64,000 nucleotides of DNA from Saccostrea echinata (lineage: Eukaryota), in contig NW_026889758.1 in NCBI RefSeq assembly GCF_033153115.1, positions 22,816,001 through 22,880,000 on the forward strand. Direction: 5' to 3'. Of this stretch, positions 50,262 through 63,143 are shown piece by piece. The notes under the pieces were generated by a model. That model saw nothing but the letters and a program-made list of their open reading frames with translations, was not told where the DNA came from and made no database searches. The position numbers were made by a program, and so were the translations under genes. Each line of letters starts with the position of its first letter. Positions within the stretch are counted from its first letter, which is position 1.

Positions 50262-50796
50262 GTCATGATTTGAAGAAATCTGAGTCTACACTACCTGAGG
50301 ATGCTTCCAAATATATATGACCAATCATGACTTTCCAGTTCCTGAGAAGAAGATTTTTAAAGGTTTTCCCTATGTATTCCTATGTAAAACTTTCACTGCC
50401 AATTGTAGCCCTGCCCTACCCCCCAGGGGTCATGATTTGAACAAATTTGAATCTACACAACCTGAGGATGCTTCCATATTAATATGACTAATCAAGGCTG
50501 TGCTGTTCTTGAGAAGAAGAATTTTAAAGGTTTTTTCCTTTTTATTCCTATGTAAAACTTTGATCCCCCATTGTGGCCCTGCCTTACCCCCAGGGGTCAT
50601 GATTTGAACAATTTGAATCTACACTATGTAACAAAGGTTTTCTATAAGTTTAAACTTTTTTGGCCCAATTGTTCTTGAGAAGAAGATTTTTAAAAAACAT
50701 ACCACCAAATTTTCACTATTTCTCAATTATCTCCCTTTGAAAGAGGGCATGGCCCATCATTTGAAGAAACTTGAATTCTCTTTACCCAAAGATGCT

Positions 50797-50827
<31 letters not shown>

Positions 50828-53800
50828 AGATCTTGAAAAGAAATCGAAAATGTGAAAAGTTTACAGACAGATGGACGGACGGACAGACAGCTAGACGGAC
50901 TACAGACAAAATGTGATCAGAAAATTCAGCTCAGGTGAGCTAATAAAAGGTCATGCTGACCTACTTTTTGGTTGATATACGAGATTCAAAGATGTATCAA
51001 CTGACAAACTTTGATGATTCTAAGCCTCTTATTATCCTACGGTAAATATTGAGATTTAACTGGAAGTAGGTCACTGTGGCCTACATTTTTAGTTGACACA
51101 GTTGACCTAAGATGCATCAACTGATAAAATTTGATGATTTTAAGCCTCTTATTATCCAAGATATTGTGATAAAAGTGTGAAATATGCCCTGTTCACAGAT
51201 TTGCATTGTGTGAAGTTTTTTTTGTTGAGATCAATCACTGTGCATTATCTTCACCTATTTCACCTACTATATACAGAGTTATTTTCACCCTTTCACATTT
51301 GCAAACAATTTTGCCCCATTTTATATTTGCCCAGAAAGATTTTTGTTTAAGATATAGTACTGTTAACTTTGAATTCACCCTGTTTAAAATTTGCCTACCG
51401 GTTCTTCCGACAAAGGTAAAAGGGGCGAATATAAAACGGGGGCGAAAATTTCCCTGTATATATTTCATTTTCACTATTTGACTAACAGAACCCTGGCCTA
51501 ACTCCAGGCCCGGGGCCATAAAACTTAGACGAGCTCAATTTTGATCTCAGTCTCACTTTTCCATCATTAATTCCTTTGGTAAAAGTGAGACTGAAATGAA
51601 AAGTGAGCTCATCTAAGTTTTATGGCCCCAGGCCCCGGGGCCATAAAACTTAGATGAGCTCACTCTTGATCTCAGTCTCACTTTTCCACTAGTAATTCCT
51701 TTTGTAAAAGTGAGACTGGGATCAAAAATGAGCTTGTCTAAGTTTTATGGCCCCGGAGCCTGAACCAGAAACCTAACCAAGGGGCCAGGAATTTCACAAT
51801 TTTGGAAGAGGCACCCTTACTTATCATAGACAGTCAGACGCCTGACAAAATTTGATTAGAAAAGCTAACTTGAGCCTTCAGTCCAGTAAAAAAACTACAT
51901 CACTGTAGAGGCTGTTTCGAAAACATAAGATTACAAAGCTCACCTTGGCGATTGTTATTTATCTGTTAGGCAAATCTTACACCAATTTTTATTTAGTGTG
52001 CGTGCATCCCAAAACCAATTTGCATGCAAGTATGGTTTTGTTAGGATGTATAGTTACTTAGGAATGTACATGCTCCACAAACTTAACTCATCAGGAAAAA
52101 AGGTAAGTCAGATCTAGCATCTGAGGCAAGTCTGGTAGTGTCTCTACCTAGAAGCATCATCCATGCAAGTTTATTCATAACAAGCCATAGTTGCTTGGGA
52201 ATAGAGCTCCTCCAAGAACTTTGACCTGGTATTTCAAATGGAAAATGTAGGTCAGATCCAGCATCTGAAGAAAGCCTTGTAGTGTCCATTGCTAGATGCA
52301 TCACCAATGCAGGTATGGTCCAGGTAAGCCAGGTAAGGCTTATATTTACTTGGTAATGAACCTACTCTAACTTTGTCTCTCATCAGAAAATGTAGGTCAG
52401 ATCCAGTATCTGAAGCAAGACTAATATTGTCTACCTTAGATGCATCATCTGTGCAAGTTTGGTCCATGCAGTTAGGGCTAATAGTCAATAATCTGGAAAA
52501 GCTAGGTCAGATCCAGCATCTGAAGCAGGTCAGATAGTGTATATTCCTACATTCCTATATGCATCATCCATGCAAGTTTGGTTCAGGTAGGCCTTAGAGT
52601 TACTTGAGAATGGACCTGCTCCAAAAACTTGAACCTGTTCACTAATCCAGAAAATGTAGGTCAGTTTGGTCCAAGATATGTCTTAACTCCCATTTGGAAT
52701 AGTTAGAGATATTCAATTTTGCAAATAATGCCAAAATTAAATCATCACAGAAAATTCTCCTTATTCAGTATGATATCCATGTACATTAGTGAGGAAAAAA
52801 ATATTTGCTAAAACAAATTGCAAGCGATGATTTTAATTTCATATTAAATACCATCATTTGCAACATTATAGATAAAGGATATGGAAATTTCAAATAAGAA
52901 ATGCTTCCAAAACTTGAAAACAACTTTGTTAGACTTGGTTCTTATAATTAAACTGTAAGGACCTACCAACTCCTTTGTGAGCATCAGTGCTGGTAAATTC
53001 AATGGTTCCATCATGAGCCTTCTTTGGATCCTCTTTATATTCTTTGTGGGAACCATCTGGACTATACTTTAGAGCTAAACCGTAGTCCACCAGATATACC
53101 TAATAACAATTGGGACACTATAGATAATGTTCTTACCTTTGAATTATTTAACAAAATTAAACAAATCATAGGAGGGTTTGAAAAATGACATTTTACTCTT
53201 TCATAAAATGCAAATTTTAACAAATAATAATAACCATTACTGAAATAAAAAACATATGATAAAGTTGTCGTTTTTAAATACATGTAAATCTCTGAACCTC
53301 CACTTCATTAGTTTTATACTAATGAGTATTGAGATAAAAAGCAGAAGCTTGAAATTGAAAGAAAAAAAAAACAACATGTATGATTGAAAAAAAAGATCTA
53401 CAGTCAAGTAGTGTAATGAGCTTGGAGGTAGTGGTACTTGTAAAATATCCAATAGATCAACCATAAGTTAAATTATTATACCTCATTATAATTATTCTAT
53501 ACAATGTGTTATCTGATTGGTTCTAGACTATCACGTGACAGGGCCATAAAACTTCATATTTCCCTGACGTCGTCATGCTTTTCATCGTAATCAACCTCTT
53601 CGGAGACCTAGTGCATTTTTCCTCAATAGTTATTGTTTGTTGAACGAAAACTCCCGAGAGTAGTAGACGTCACAATACCCTGGTTCACGTCACAACTTTT
53701 CTAAATTCTTCTTTCAGTAATCTTAAGTTTAAATTGAGAGTTGTGAAAGTTTATGTTTATTTTCAAAGTTTTTGCTTGTTTCAGTATAATAATTTATTGC

Positions 53801-56800
53801 ATGAATGTTCGGGAAACATGAAGATTTATTCAGCCAAGAAATATCATATTCCCCTCAGGCGAAGCCCTCGGGGAATATGATTTTTCTTGGCTGAATAAAT
53901 TTTCATATTTCCCTTACAATGATGCAATAAATGTATAATAAACAATCAAATAAAATTAGCTAGACACACAGGGCTGACTGCTTATAAAAGCTGTCAGCCC
54001 TGCCAAAGATCTACTAGCCCAAGAAAAATTTGTTTTTGTGATTATGTGACTGGGACCAGGTTACCATAGCTTCGGTCCTGAATCTATAGACTGAAGGATT
54101 CTGTTCCTTGGTTTGTTACACTTTGCTACTGATACTCTAGTTGATTTAAGAGAAATTTATAAAAAAAAAAAAAATATGAATTCTTATTATCAAAAATTTT
54201 AATATGTCCAGTTGGGCATTGACTCATGTAAATTTGTTCGCTGGAAGCAAAATTTAACCGGTCAGGCGCAAGGTTATTTCAAACACTGTATGTAAGTAAA
54301 ACAATATACCCCCGGGATCTTTCGATCCAGGGGCATAAAAATGCAGATTCCTGTCATCAAATACATGTATATTGATTGCCTACTGCATGACTCAAATCCA
54401 GATTTCAAAGGACACTTTATATTGTGCCATAATGGAAAGCACAAGTGCTAATTATGCTTTGAAGGCTTCCATTTAAATAACTGGTGCAGGTGATACACAA
54501 GTAGTAAAGTGAGATTTACTCTTATTTTCTTGCTATCAGAATAAATTTAGTCAAGCATACAGCTTTGTCTACCATAGTAAAGCTTACATTACTTAGTGCG
54601 TGGTTATAGTTGTTGGCTGCCAACAATGTTATAGAAAATCTTGATTATGACAAGTAATTGATACAAATATTATTTTTATGGTGAGTTTCTAACACTGCTC
54701 ACATGGCATGAAACTTAAGTTTTCTATTACCTGGTCTGGCTGCTGCTGTTTGTTACTGAAGCCTAGAAGCATATTTGATGCTTTAATGTCAGCATGGACA
54801 TATCCATTCTCATGAAGATACTCCAGGGCATCCACCTGAAATATTATCAGCATTAGATAATGTATATATAAAAACAATGCAAGTCCAGAAAAAAAAAAAT
54901 CTTGTGTATTAAATACATCTTTAATGACATCATTAAAATGGCCTCTATGAAAAGAAAGAAGGAATAAAGTATACCATGAATTTTTTTTTTAACTTATTGC
55001 AAATCAGAAGTTGAGATTGTGATCCCAATTTGATGTTCTGAATTGAAACCTGTTGCCCATACCATTCTTAATCCCAGAGCAAGAACTGTTTCCTTTGAGA
55101 ATTGTTTCCCACAACCTTCAAATATTTTTTGCAAGTCTGTTCCAAAGCGAGGCATGATCATAAAACGAAAGTTTTCTTTATCTCTCTGGTGCATCCCATG
55201 GGCAATGTACTTTGGCACTCCTAGGTATTTTAATTTCTTGCTTTTTACCCAGTTATCAACTAAAAATGAAATATCGCAATTTAAATGCATTTGTCAATCA
55301 TTTTCCTATTTAAAGCTTCAGTCAAATTGTATGAACAATAATCAAGATGAAATTTCAAATATGCATACTCTTTTGAAGAGTCACTGAGCTTCTATGAAAA
55401 ACATTTCAGAAAATGGCAAAGCAAATGAAAAATTTTATCAAATGAATCTGGAAATTAATGGTGTTTATCTTATATTACAATGTACAAACTAACTCATCTC
55501 TGGTCTTGATACCCGTTGGTAAAAATGAAGTTCACAGAACAAAGGACCATTTGAGTGTGGTTCCTGAAATTTAATTGTTTGGAATTAAAATTTCACTTTA
55601 CCAATCACAACTCAAAGTTTTAAGGAACAAAATTCTACTAGAATACTCTACACTATGTGTAGCTACTTAAATTACTTTTTTGTTAAAAAAGTACATGTAG
55701 GTCACTATAGAAATATAATTATACTTAAATATTAACATTTATAGAGACTTTTAAACTTACTATTTTTATAACATGTTCAGCTGTTGAAGTTACTGGAGAG
55801 CCTATGTCCTCTGATGCTGAAATGCAATCAAATTGTTACCAGAGTATTTTGTGAATACTTACACATTAATATTATCTGTAGTTTAGAATTAGAGTGTCTT
55901 TTCTACACTAGTTCGTTACAATATTACAATCAGCCTGCTACCCAGACATATGCGGAGTCCGATGTAATAAAATCCCTAATTAGAGCTATTACTTAAATAA
56001 GATGGTTTCACAATTTTAACCTGAATACATTGCATGTAACTACATATAATGTTGGTTTAAATTGACACAGGAATTCTGGAGAAGGTTGAAAATGCAAAAA
56101 AATTGTGAACAAGAGGCCCATGGGCCACTTTGCTTACCTGAACACTTTGGCTAGGAAAAAGCAGAAATCAATCATATTTGAAAAGTTTAAATATAAAAGT
56201 GGTCCAGGAAAGGGGGAGGAGGGGGTCATGATTTGAACAAACTTGAATCTACACTACCTGAGAATGCTTCCATATTCTATGACTATTCATGGCTTATGTA
56301 GATTGTTCATCGCCCGCATGGCACAGTGGTTAGAGCGTCTGCTCTAGAGTCGTGGAGTAAGGAGTTGATCCTTATCACGGGTTCGAATCCCACCGTGGGA
56401 CGTGGAGACCGGTCCTTTGGTTGAGACCGTATAAACCAGGGTCCCGTGTCACAGTAGGTGCTGGCACGAAAAAGATCCCTCACTGCTCAATGGCCCTGAG
56501 TGCCGAGAATAGGTCAAAATTTATAGCCCTCCACAGGCAAGTGGTGGCATCTCCATATGAGTGAAAAATTCTCGAGAGGGATGTTTAACAACAATCAATC
56601 AAACAAACAAGCAAACATGTAGATTGTGCAAGTTCTTTTTCTATAGGTTTATCTTCTATTCTATTGTAAAACTTTGATCACTTACAGCGGTCTCTCCCTA
56701 CCCCAGGGGTCATGATCTGAACAAACTTGAGTTTACACTACCTGAGGATGCTTCCATATGAATATGACAAATCAAGGCCTTTCTGTTCTAGAGAACAAGA

Positions 56801-58354
56801 TTTCAAAAGATTTTTCCTATGATGTATTCCTATGTAAAACTTTAATCGCCCATTGTGCCCCCACTTACCCCCTGTGGGGTCATGATTTTAACAAACGTGA
56901 TTCTACACTCCCTGAGGATGCTTCCATATAAATATGACCAATCAAGGCTTTGCTGTTCTAAAGAAGAAGATTTTAAAAGATTTTTCCTATGATGTATTCC
57001 TATGTAAAACTTTGATCACCCACTGCCCCCCCCCCCCACCCCCCCACCCCCAGAGGTCATGATTTGAACAGACTTTGACCTACACTAACTGAGGATGGTT
57101 TACGGTTCCATATAAGTTTCAACTTTTTTGGCACAGTGGTTCTAGAGACATTTTTTTTTAAAGATACCATTAATTTTCACTCATTCGTAATCATCTCCCC
57201 TTGGAAGAAAGCATGGCCTTTTCAACTGAACAAACTTGAATCCCTTTTATCCAAGGATACTTTGCAAGTTTAGTTGAAATTGACCCAGTGGTTCTTGAGA
57301 AGAAGTCAAAAATGGGAAAAGTTTACAGACAGATGGACAGACACACAGCTAGACAGACGGCCACCGGACAAATTGTGATCAGAAAAGTACACTTGAACCT
57401 TTACAATGTAGCTCAGGTGAGCTAAAAACAAACAATAATGGAACGATGGACATACTTTGATCAGAAAACATTACTTAGCATTTGCTCAGATGAGCTCGGT
57501 AAATTTTGCTTGATACAAAATGAAATTTACCCAGATAAATAAGACCAAATCCTCCTTTGCCAACTTCATCCCCTAATTTCCACTGTTTCTTCCTGAGATC
57601 TTGCAGGACAGTGCCTCTAGTGAAAGGTGCAGGAAGCTTTGGTCCTTTTGGTGCCCTCGGTTTCCTAGCTTTAATACAATATAAAGAATTCTCTATATTG
57701 AGAAGATGAATTTCCCACAAAATACTTCTTTTTTTTCAATTTAACACAAATTACACATCAATAAAAGATACTCTGAATAGTCTTCATATAAATTTTACAT
57801 GGAAATAATGTGGCTTAAGGACATACGCAACGTAGTTTGAACTTTATTGTCTTTTCCCCTGGAGTTGAAGAGTTCCAATACTTAAAGGAACTGTGTGCTA
57901 CATTTTAATGTATATATATTCTGTTGTACACTTCTTCTTAAAAAATTTTGGATAAACAAAACATCTAGAATATATATTAAGTTATTTAATGTATTTTTCT
58001 TTGAATTATAAAAGAATTTTCATCAACTGATATCTTTTTAAAACCCCTGGTAATGCTTGCTGATTTTTTGTCTATGAACATCTGATGGCACTATAATCTG
58101 AAATTAAGAATATCTTGAAAAATTATCAGTAGGTAAGGTACGTTGCGTATGTCCTTAATTACTAAAATGAAACTTTTCCTAAAATAAAAGAGCAAAATAA
58201 TGTTTTTAAATGGACACTTGAGCAACAAGACACAACAAGATACATTGAAGTGAGAATATTGGATTCTGTTGAACAAATTTCGTTAAAATCTAACAAATTT
58301 TGTAATATCACTAGAATTACCAGGTGCTGCAGTTCCTGCTTTTCCCCTTGGCAT
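45360..58354 (-). CDS. VRK1: Vaccinia-related Ser/Thr kinase VRK1-like (486 aa), 12 coding exons
   Basis: Exons 58354-58321, 57668-57531, 55816-55761, 55563-55494, 55259-55063, 54835-54731, 53099-52967, 49485-49365, 47588-47530, 47292-47135, 46144-45847, 45451-45360 (1461 nt, phases consistent). Motifs [71 protein letters not shown]. Confidence 0.93.
51270..51459. mobile_element. Short Tc1/mariner-like MITE
   Basis: TA-CAGAGTTATTTTCACCC … GGGCGAAAATTTCCCTG-TA imperfect TIRs. Confidence 0.5.
51505..51762. mobile_element. Tandem pair of ~125-bp palindromic MITEs (PIF/Harbinger-like)
   Basis: Two units GGGGCCATAAAACTTAGA…TCTAAGTTTTATGGCCCC separated and flanked by CWG. Confidence 0.7.
53474..53940 (+). 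mobile_element. Crypton-like hairpin element, family C
   Basis: ATCTGATTGG near the 5' end, an internal copy of an arm segment (TTCATATTTCCCT), and a hairpin ~53786-53940 with apex GCGAAGC (53859-53865). Confidence 0.6.
56108..57426 (-). mobile_element. HINE with ~165-bp units, interrupted by a SINE
   Basis: AACAAGAGGCCCATGGGCC start, the same satellite-like units as 49884-50946, GCTCAGGTGAGCTAAAA end. Confidence 0.8.
56311..56616 (+). mobile_element. Full-length tRNA-derived SINE, probably with a Meta domain
   Basis: A box TGGCACAGTGG, B box GGTTCGAATCCC, central TAAACCAGGGTCCCGTG, (CAAT/CAAA)n tail. 14-bp TSD ATGTAGATTGT(T/G)CA at 56296-56309 / 56617-56630. Confidence 0.88.
57819..58154. 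mobile_element. Kolobok-like MITE
   Basis: TTAA-GGACATACGCAACGTA … TACGTTGCGTATGTCC-TTAA: perfect 16-bp TIR with TTAA TSD. Confidence 0.75.
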
Positions 58355-58400
58355 GGTCTCTTCCTATTTCCTGAAATTAGAACATAATTAAGGACCTCTA

Positions 58401-58973
58401 CAGGGTTCGGCACTAACATTAGTTTCAGACTAATACATTTTCATTCTAACTAATAAAATCTGTGGCTTATTAGTCTGAATGGACCAATAAAAATTTCTGG
58501 AAAACAAAATCAATAAATTACCGATGTTCAATTCTCAACAACTTTTACTGGAAAACCTGCTTTCTAGCTTCTTGGCGGGTAATTAGGCAATTCAGAGTCA
58601 ATTTGGCCCTAAATTTTAGAACTGATTGATATGAAATTAAACATTTTAGCGATCATGATTTAGTATGGCTCATAAAGAAAGATGTTGGACATTTTAGATG
58701 TAATGTACGGAGAAAAAAGATCGGGAATACTATTGTACTTTTTGATTGTGAGATTGCAACGAATCTGTGGAATAAAACACTTCAGGTAAATGCTCTGTTT
58801 ACTTCAAAAAAAAATTAAAAAGTACATTGTTATTTTTATTTTTTTAATCAATTGTTATAAAACATTGAAGTTTTCTTTTTTGACTGACTCATAAAATCGT
58901 GTGCGGACTAGTAAAAGTAAAGAAGCACTAGTCAGGATGGACTTAAGCCTAAAATTGATAGTGTCAAACTCTG
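58401..58973. mobile_element. Old hAT5-like non-autonomous element
   Basis: Imperfect TIR CAGGGTTCGGCACTA / TAGTGTCAAACTCTG. Flanks CTCTA / CTCTT. Confidence 0.55.
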
Positions 58974-59802
58974 CTCTTTACACCAGTACAAAATGTTTTT
59001 TGGACACTGAGAAAACTATATTGTATAAAGTGTAAATAAATAGCTTATCTATTTCATTTTCAATATATGGTATTTACCCCTAGGACAAATGTTCAAACAC
59101 AACCAAGAATCATAATCAATGAACAGAAATCATTTACTTCAGTGGAGCAAATACATGCAAATAAAGTATTCAATTTCAATTCATTTATCTTTGTCTTTTA
59201 AAATGTTAAGAATGCTTTAATTGATTATAAATTGAGCAAAACACTGTTGATTTCAATTTATCTGAATTTAGTTCCAAGGGCAGATCACTCTAACTGCAGA
59301 AAAATACCATAGAATCAGAACTCTTTGTTACCAGTGTAGGAGGTTCTTAATCTTCATTTTATAATAGGGGTGTGCAATATTACTAATATATCAGTATATT
59401 TCGGATCACTGCTACATGTTGGACTAATAACAAAACATGAAAATGTCAAGATGGTATGACTGTATTGTATTCATAATTGATAAATAATATCATAATTGGC
59501 GTAATCAGTCCTCAATTATAAAAGAACATACATTAGCAAGCCTCTGCATATTACTTAATAATTCAGAAATGATAGTAAAGTGTAGACTTGAATTTTCTTT
59601 TACAAAAACAATGGTCATTATAAGTTAACCACAAAATAATAAATATCATATAAATTAACTATAACACATTAATAAGCAATTTTGAAGCAATTTAAAGGCC
59701 AGAGTCTAAATCAAAATCATCCTGATAACTTAGGTTAAGTGATGTTCAGAACAGATCATCAAAAACAGATATTACATATACACTTGTATATATATATATA
59801 TC

Positions 59803-60891
59803 CAGGGTTCTCCATGAGCTGTTTTACTGTGTTGCTTCCGACACAGTAAAATTTTTTCCGACACAATAACGATTCAAATTTTACGTATATGACACAGTAA
59901 AAAAAAATTGCGACACAGTAAGATCCGCTCCGCTGAAAACGAAAGTAAAAGCAAAGGGGAGTTACTCTAATCTGTTTACCGTGTCAACGACAAAGTTGTT
60001 TTAACATGAAGCGCTGGTGTTTTATTGCAGGTGATCTCTGGTCATTCATATAGGGGTGTAATTACATAACTGACAACCTATACTTAAGCTCTTCAAAGTA
60101 AGTAGGTGTTAAGTGAACCGTATTTCTCCTCAGATAATGTAGAGACTTGCCAAACTTTTTTGATCGTTAAACATCAAACAAAAAAATTATGTGGAAACAA
60201 GTCAGACATTCTTCTGAGCCATCAAAGCAGTCAAATTTAAATGCATTTCTTATTTTCAAAGACGATAGTGATGATCGAAACTCAAAACGACAGAAACTTG
60301 AAGATCTTCTAGAGAAATCCCTAAGGTTCATGACAAGTTCATTTTAAATCTGGAGAAGAACCTGAGAAACAGATTTCCAGATCTAGGAGTTTTTTCTAAG
60401 CTTTGTCTTGTTATCCCAGCATCAACAGTACAACTGAAGGTTTACATAACTTAGTAGAAATTCCATTTTCTATTTTAATTTTTTCCCATGCATTGCAATC
60501 ATAATTATTTTTTGTAGATTGTGAGAGAGGATTCAGTGCCCTTAAAAAAATTAAAAGTCAGCTTAGAAACAGAAAGATTCTTTACTCTTGGTATCAACTC
60601 AGGGACCTGAACCTGAACATTTTAATTTTGAAGAAGCTGCAGCCATTTGGAAGAGTTCTAGACCAAGTCTTGTGGATGTATAAGAAACCAATTTAAATTA
60701 AATGTTAATATTTGTTATTGAATCTGTGTATTAAAATGTGGAAAATGTTAATATAATGAATTATCTTTTTTCATTCTTATCAATGTATTATAGTATTATA
60801 GAGTATGGTATGATGATCTCATTGAATTGTCGTGAAGGCACTTCGCGCACAGTCTGCAACACAATAAAATTTCAAATGATGGAGAACCCTG
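59803..60891 (+). mobile_element. Internally deleted hAT transposon with 5-bp TSD (hAT5-like)
   Basis: TIR CAGGGTTCTCCAT / ATGGAGAACCCTG. TSD ATATC. Remnant hAT dimerisation domain FPDLGVFSKLCLVIPAST…DCERGFSALKKIKSQLRNR (~60373-60575). Confidence 0.88.
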
Positions 60892-60908
60892 ATATCTGAA
60901 CTATATTC

Positions 60909-62028
60909 CAGGGCTCGACATTAACTTTTTTTTACTACTTGTCCATTCGGACAAGTCACCAAGACATTTACTTGTCCGAACTTCAACTTCACTTGTCTGA
61001 AAAATTTTCAATAAAGATCTAATACTGTTAACTGAAAAACTAAAAATAAAGTACATTACATGTGCATGATGTTATTTTCAAATACAACGAACACATAAAA
61101 CAATATTTTATCTAGACTTTCTGTCCTGACAACATAAATGCTGTCAACATAAAACAGAATCCGAACTCAGTTCCATGCCTTTGCAGTAGTATGCAATTAG
61201 TGAACTTCAATCCCGATCGAGTGTACTCAATTAGGGCGCGTCAATTTACCCAAAAGGACCTAAAAGAACCCAAAATAACCCAAAAGGAACCCAAAAGGAC
61301 TCAAAAGGAACCCAAAAGGACTCAAAATGAATATATTGTGATATACTGAAAATTAATAATTTGAATGAAATAATGAATATTACATTATAAATTTACATAA
61401 AAGTTGGCAAAAACATAAATTGATACTGTTGCAACTTTTCTTTGAGAAATAACATGCCTTATATAACACATCAAACTCTAAATCTGGTTAGATATGCTTT
61501 GTTTTATTTGAGCTGAAAATAACAAAATATTATTATATTTCCCCTTCTATTGTACCATATCTTACTATATGATATATAATGAAGCAATAAGTTTTATTTT
61601 ATGACTTGTTCTAGGCATATGGTATCGGGGGTGGGGGAAGGAGGACCCCCCACCCTAAACACACACTCCCCCCCCAAACTACTGTTTTATTTTCAATAAA
61701 GTATGAAAGTGTTCATTGAATATCCAGATATCCCCTTTACTTCATGTCCTTTTGGGTTGCTTATAATTTACTTCTGGATCCTTTTGGGTAAATCGACGCA
61801 CCGCTCAATTACATAGCGATCTATGTCGGGATCAAAGTTCGGTTTTTATGTACTGTTTCCGTCTTAAAGTACCGGTTAACTTTTAACAGTCGTTCTTTTA
61901 AATACTTAGAGTCTTCTTTACATAAATATGCACTTGTCCTATTGGACAAGTGCCGAGCAATATTCACTTGTCCGTATTTTTTTTTCACTGGTGCCGGACA
62001 AGCGGACAAGCCTTAATGTCGAGCCCTG
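60909..62028. mobile_element. hAT5-like non-autonomous element with a nested MITE
   Basis: TIR CAGGGCTCGACATTAA / TTAATGTCGAGCCCTG. TSD TATTC. Subterminal ACTTGTCC / GGACAAG repeats. Confidence 0.85.
61234..61803. mobile_element. MITE with 8-bp TSD (MULE/Merlin-like, unresolved)
   Basis: TIR GCGTCAATTTACCCAAAAGGA / TCCTTTTGGGTAAATCGACGC. TSD CTCAATTA. Internal ~10-11-bp CCCAAAAGGA repeats. Confidence 0.7.
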
Positions 62029-62116
62029 TATTCCATCATCGAGGAAAACTTGAAGCAAGAAAAAAACCATAAACTGAGAACAGTCAAAGTTTTGATTTTT
62101 AATATCTTGATTTTTG

Positions 62117-62536
62117 CTAGCTGCAGAACTGTAAAGTTACGGTTTTTATATTCTAGTCTTTGACCATAATGCTACAGATCCCGTAATTTAAATAAAGTGC
62201 AATTTACAGCTCAAGATTTTCTAAGCACTTTGGGGATGTTTTTCCCCATTTTGCAGCATTGGTCAATCAACGACCTTTCATCCCCTAATTCTAGACATAT
62301 TCTATAACCAACCTGTATATTTTATACACCTCCTAACTGTTTATAGTCGCCTCTACAGACCAAAAAACCTTACGTCATCCAACAAGAAATTCACTGCAAG
62401 CGAGTTTATTGGTCTGTAAAGACAATGGCATAGAAAATCTTGCGCCGTAAATTGCACGTTATGTACATTATGGGACCTTTAGCATTATGGTCAAAGACTA
62501 AAATATAAAACCATTACGCTACAGTTCTGCAGCTAG
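62117..62536. mobile_element. MITE with ~55-bp TIRs
   Basis: CTAGCTGCAGAACTGTA…TAGTCTTTGACCATAATGCTA matches the inverted TAGCATTATGGTCAAAGACTA…TACAGTTCTGCAGCTAG. Confidence 0.75.
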
Positions 62537-62879
62537 ATTTTTGTTTCATTTATTTGCTTAAAAATTTGTAATTTTGTGTAACATTTAACTTCAAAAATAT
62601 GATGAAATTTTTGTTTGATTATCAAGATTTTCAATAGTTACATCGGTCTGAAATACTGACTTAAGTCTATTCTCAGTTTATGGTCTTGGAGCCAGGTCCC
62701 TAGAAAAACTTTCATTTTCTCAAATGGAAAAAAAACTGTAATTGATGATCTATATTTTGCTGAAAATAATTTTCATTATTTGTTGAATATCATACTCTAT
62801 TGGCAGGAATTGATGATCTCGAATTCAAGTTATCAACATTCTATGGTACGCTGTAAGTAACACCAAGTAAGGAACTTTA

Positions 62880-63035
62880 TGGAAACTTATTTCGTTCCAA
62901 AACAACGAACTCCGGAAGTTCAAAAACTTGCGCCAGTAGATTTTGTAAGCTAATTCTTGATTGGTCAATGAAATTTGAGACACCAATCAGATTCGTTTTC
63001 ACAACATTCGTTTAGCACATGCGCACAATTCAGAT
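62880..63035. promoter_or_regulatory. Putative bidirectional promoter VRK1 / PPP1R37
   Basis: CCGGAAGT (ETS-type, ~62912), opposed CCAAT boxes (GATTGG ~62959, CCAATCAG ~62982), CATGCGCA (NRF1-like, ~63018). Lies between divergent genes. Confidence 0.55.
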
Positions 63036-63143
63036 ATGAAGAAGAGAAGCAGCTGACGATGAAAACGTTAACAGATTAACTCGATAATAACGACAAAATG
63101 CATGAATTGTAGATCAGCATGCCAAATACAGGTTAATTAAAAT

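Larger units (their letters stand above)
49627..51885 (-). mobile_element. Nested HINE elements in a VRK1 intron; the inner copy 49884-50946 carries ~165-bp satellite-like units
   Basis: AACAAGAGGCCC / AACAAAAGGTCCATGGGCC starts. Tandem TCATGATTTGAACAAACTTGAATCTACACTACCTGAGGATGCTTCC units. GACA microsatellite and CTCAGGTGAGCT end. Confidence 0.75.

Noticed and set aside
56311-56400. Possible tRNA gene
   Set aside because: It is the head of a SINE with body, tail and TSD.
62365-62380. ATGAC|GTAAGG as a VRK1 start exon
   Set aside because: Lies inside a MITE; a better ATG exon (MPRGKAG…) with correct phase exists at 58354-58321.
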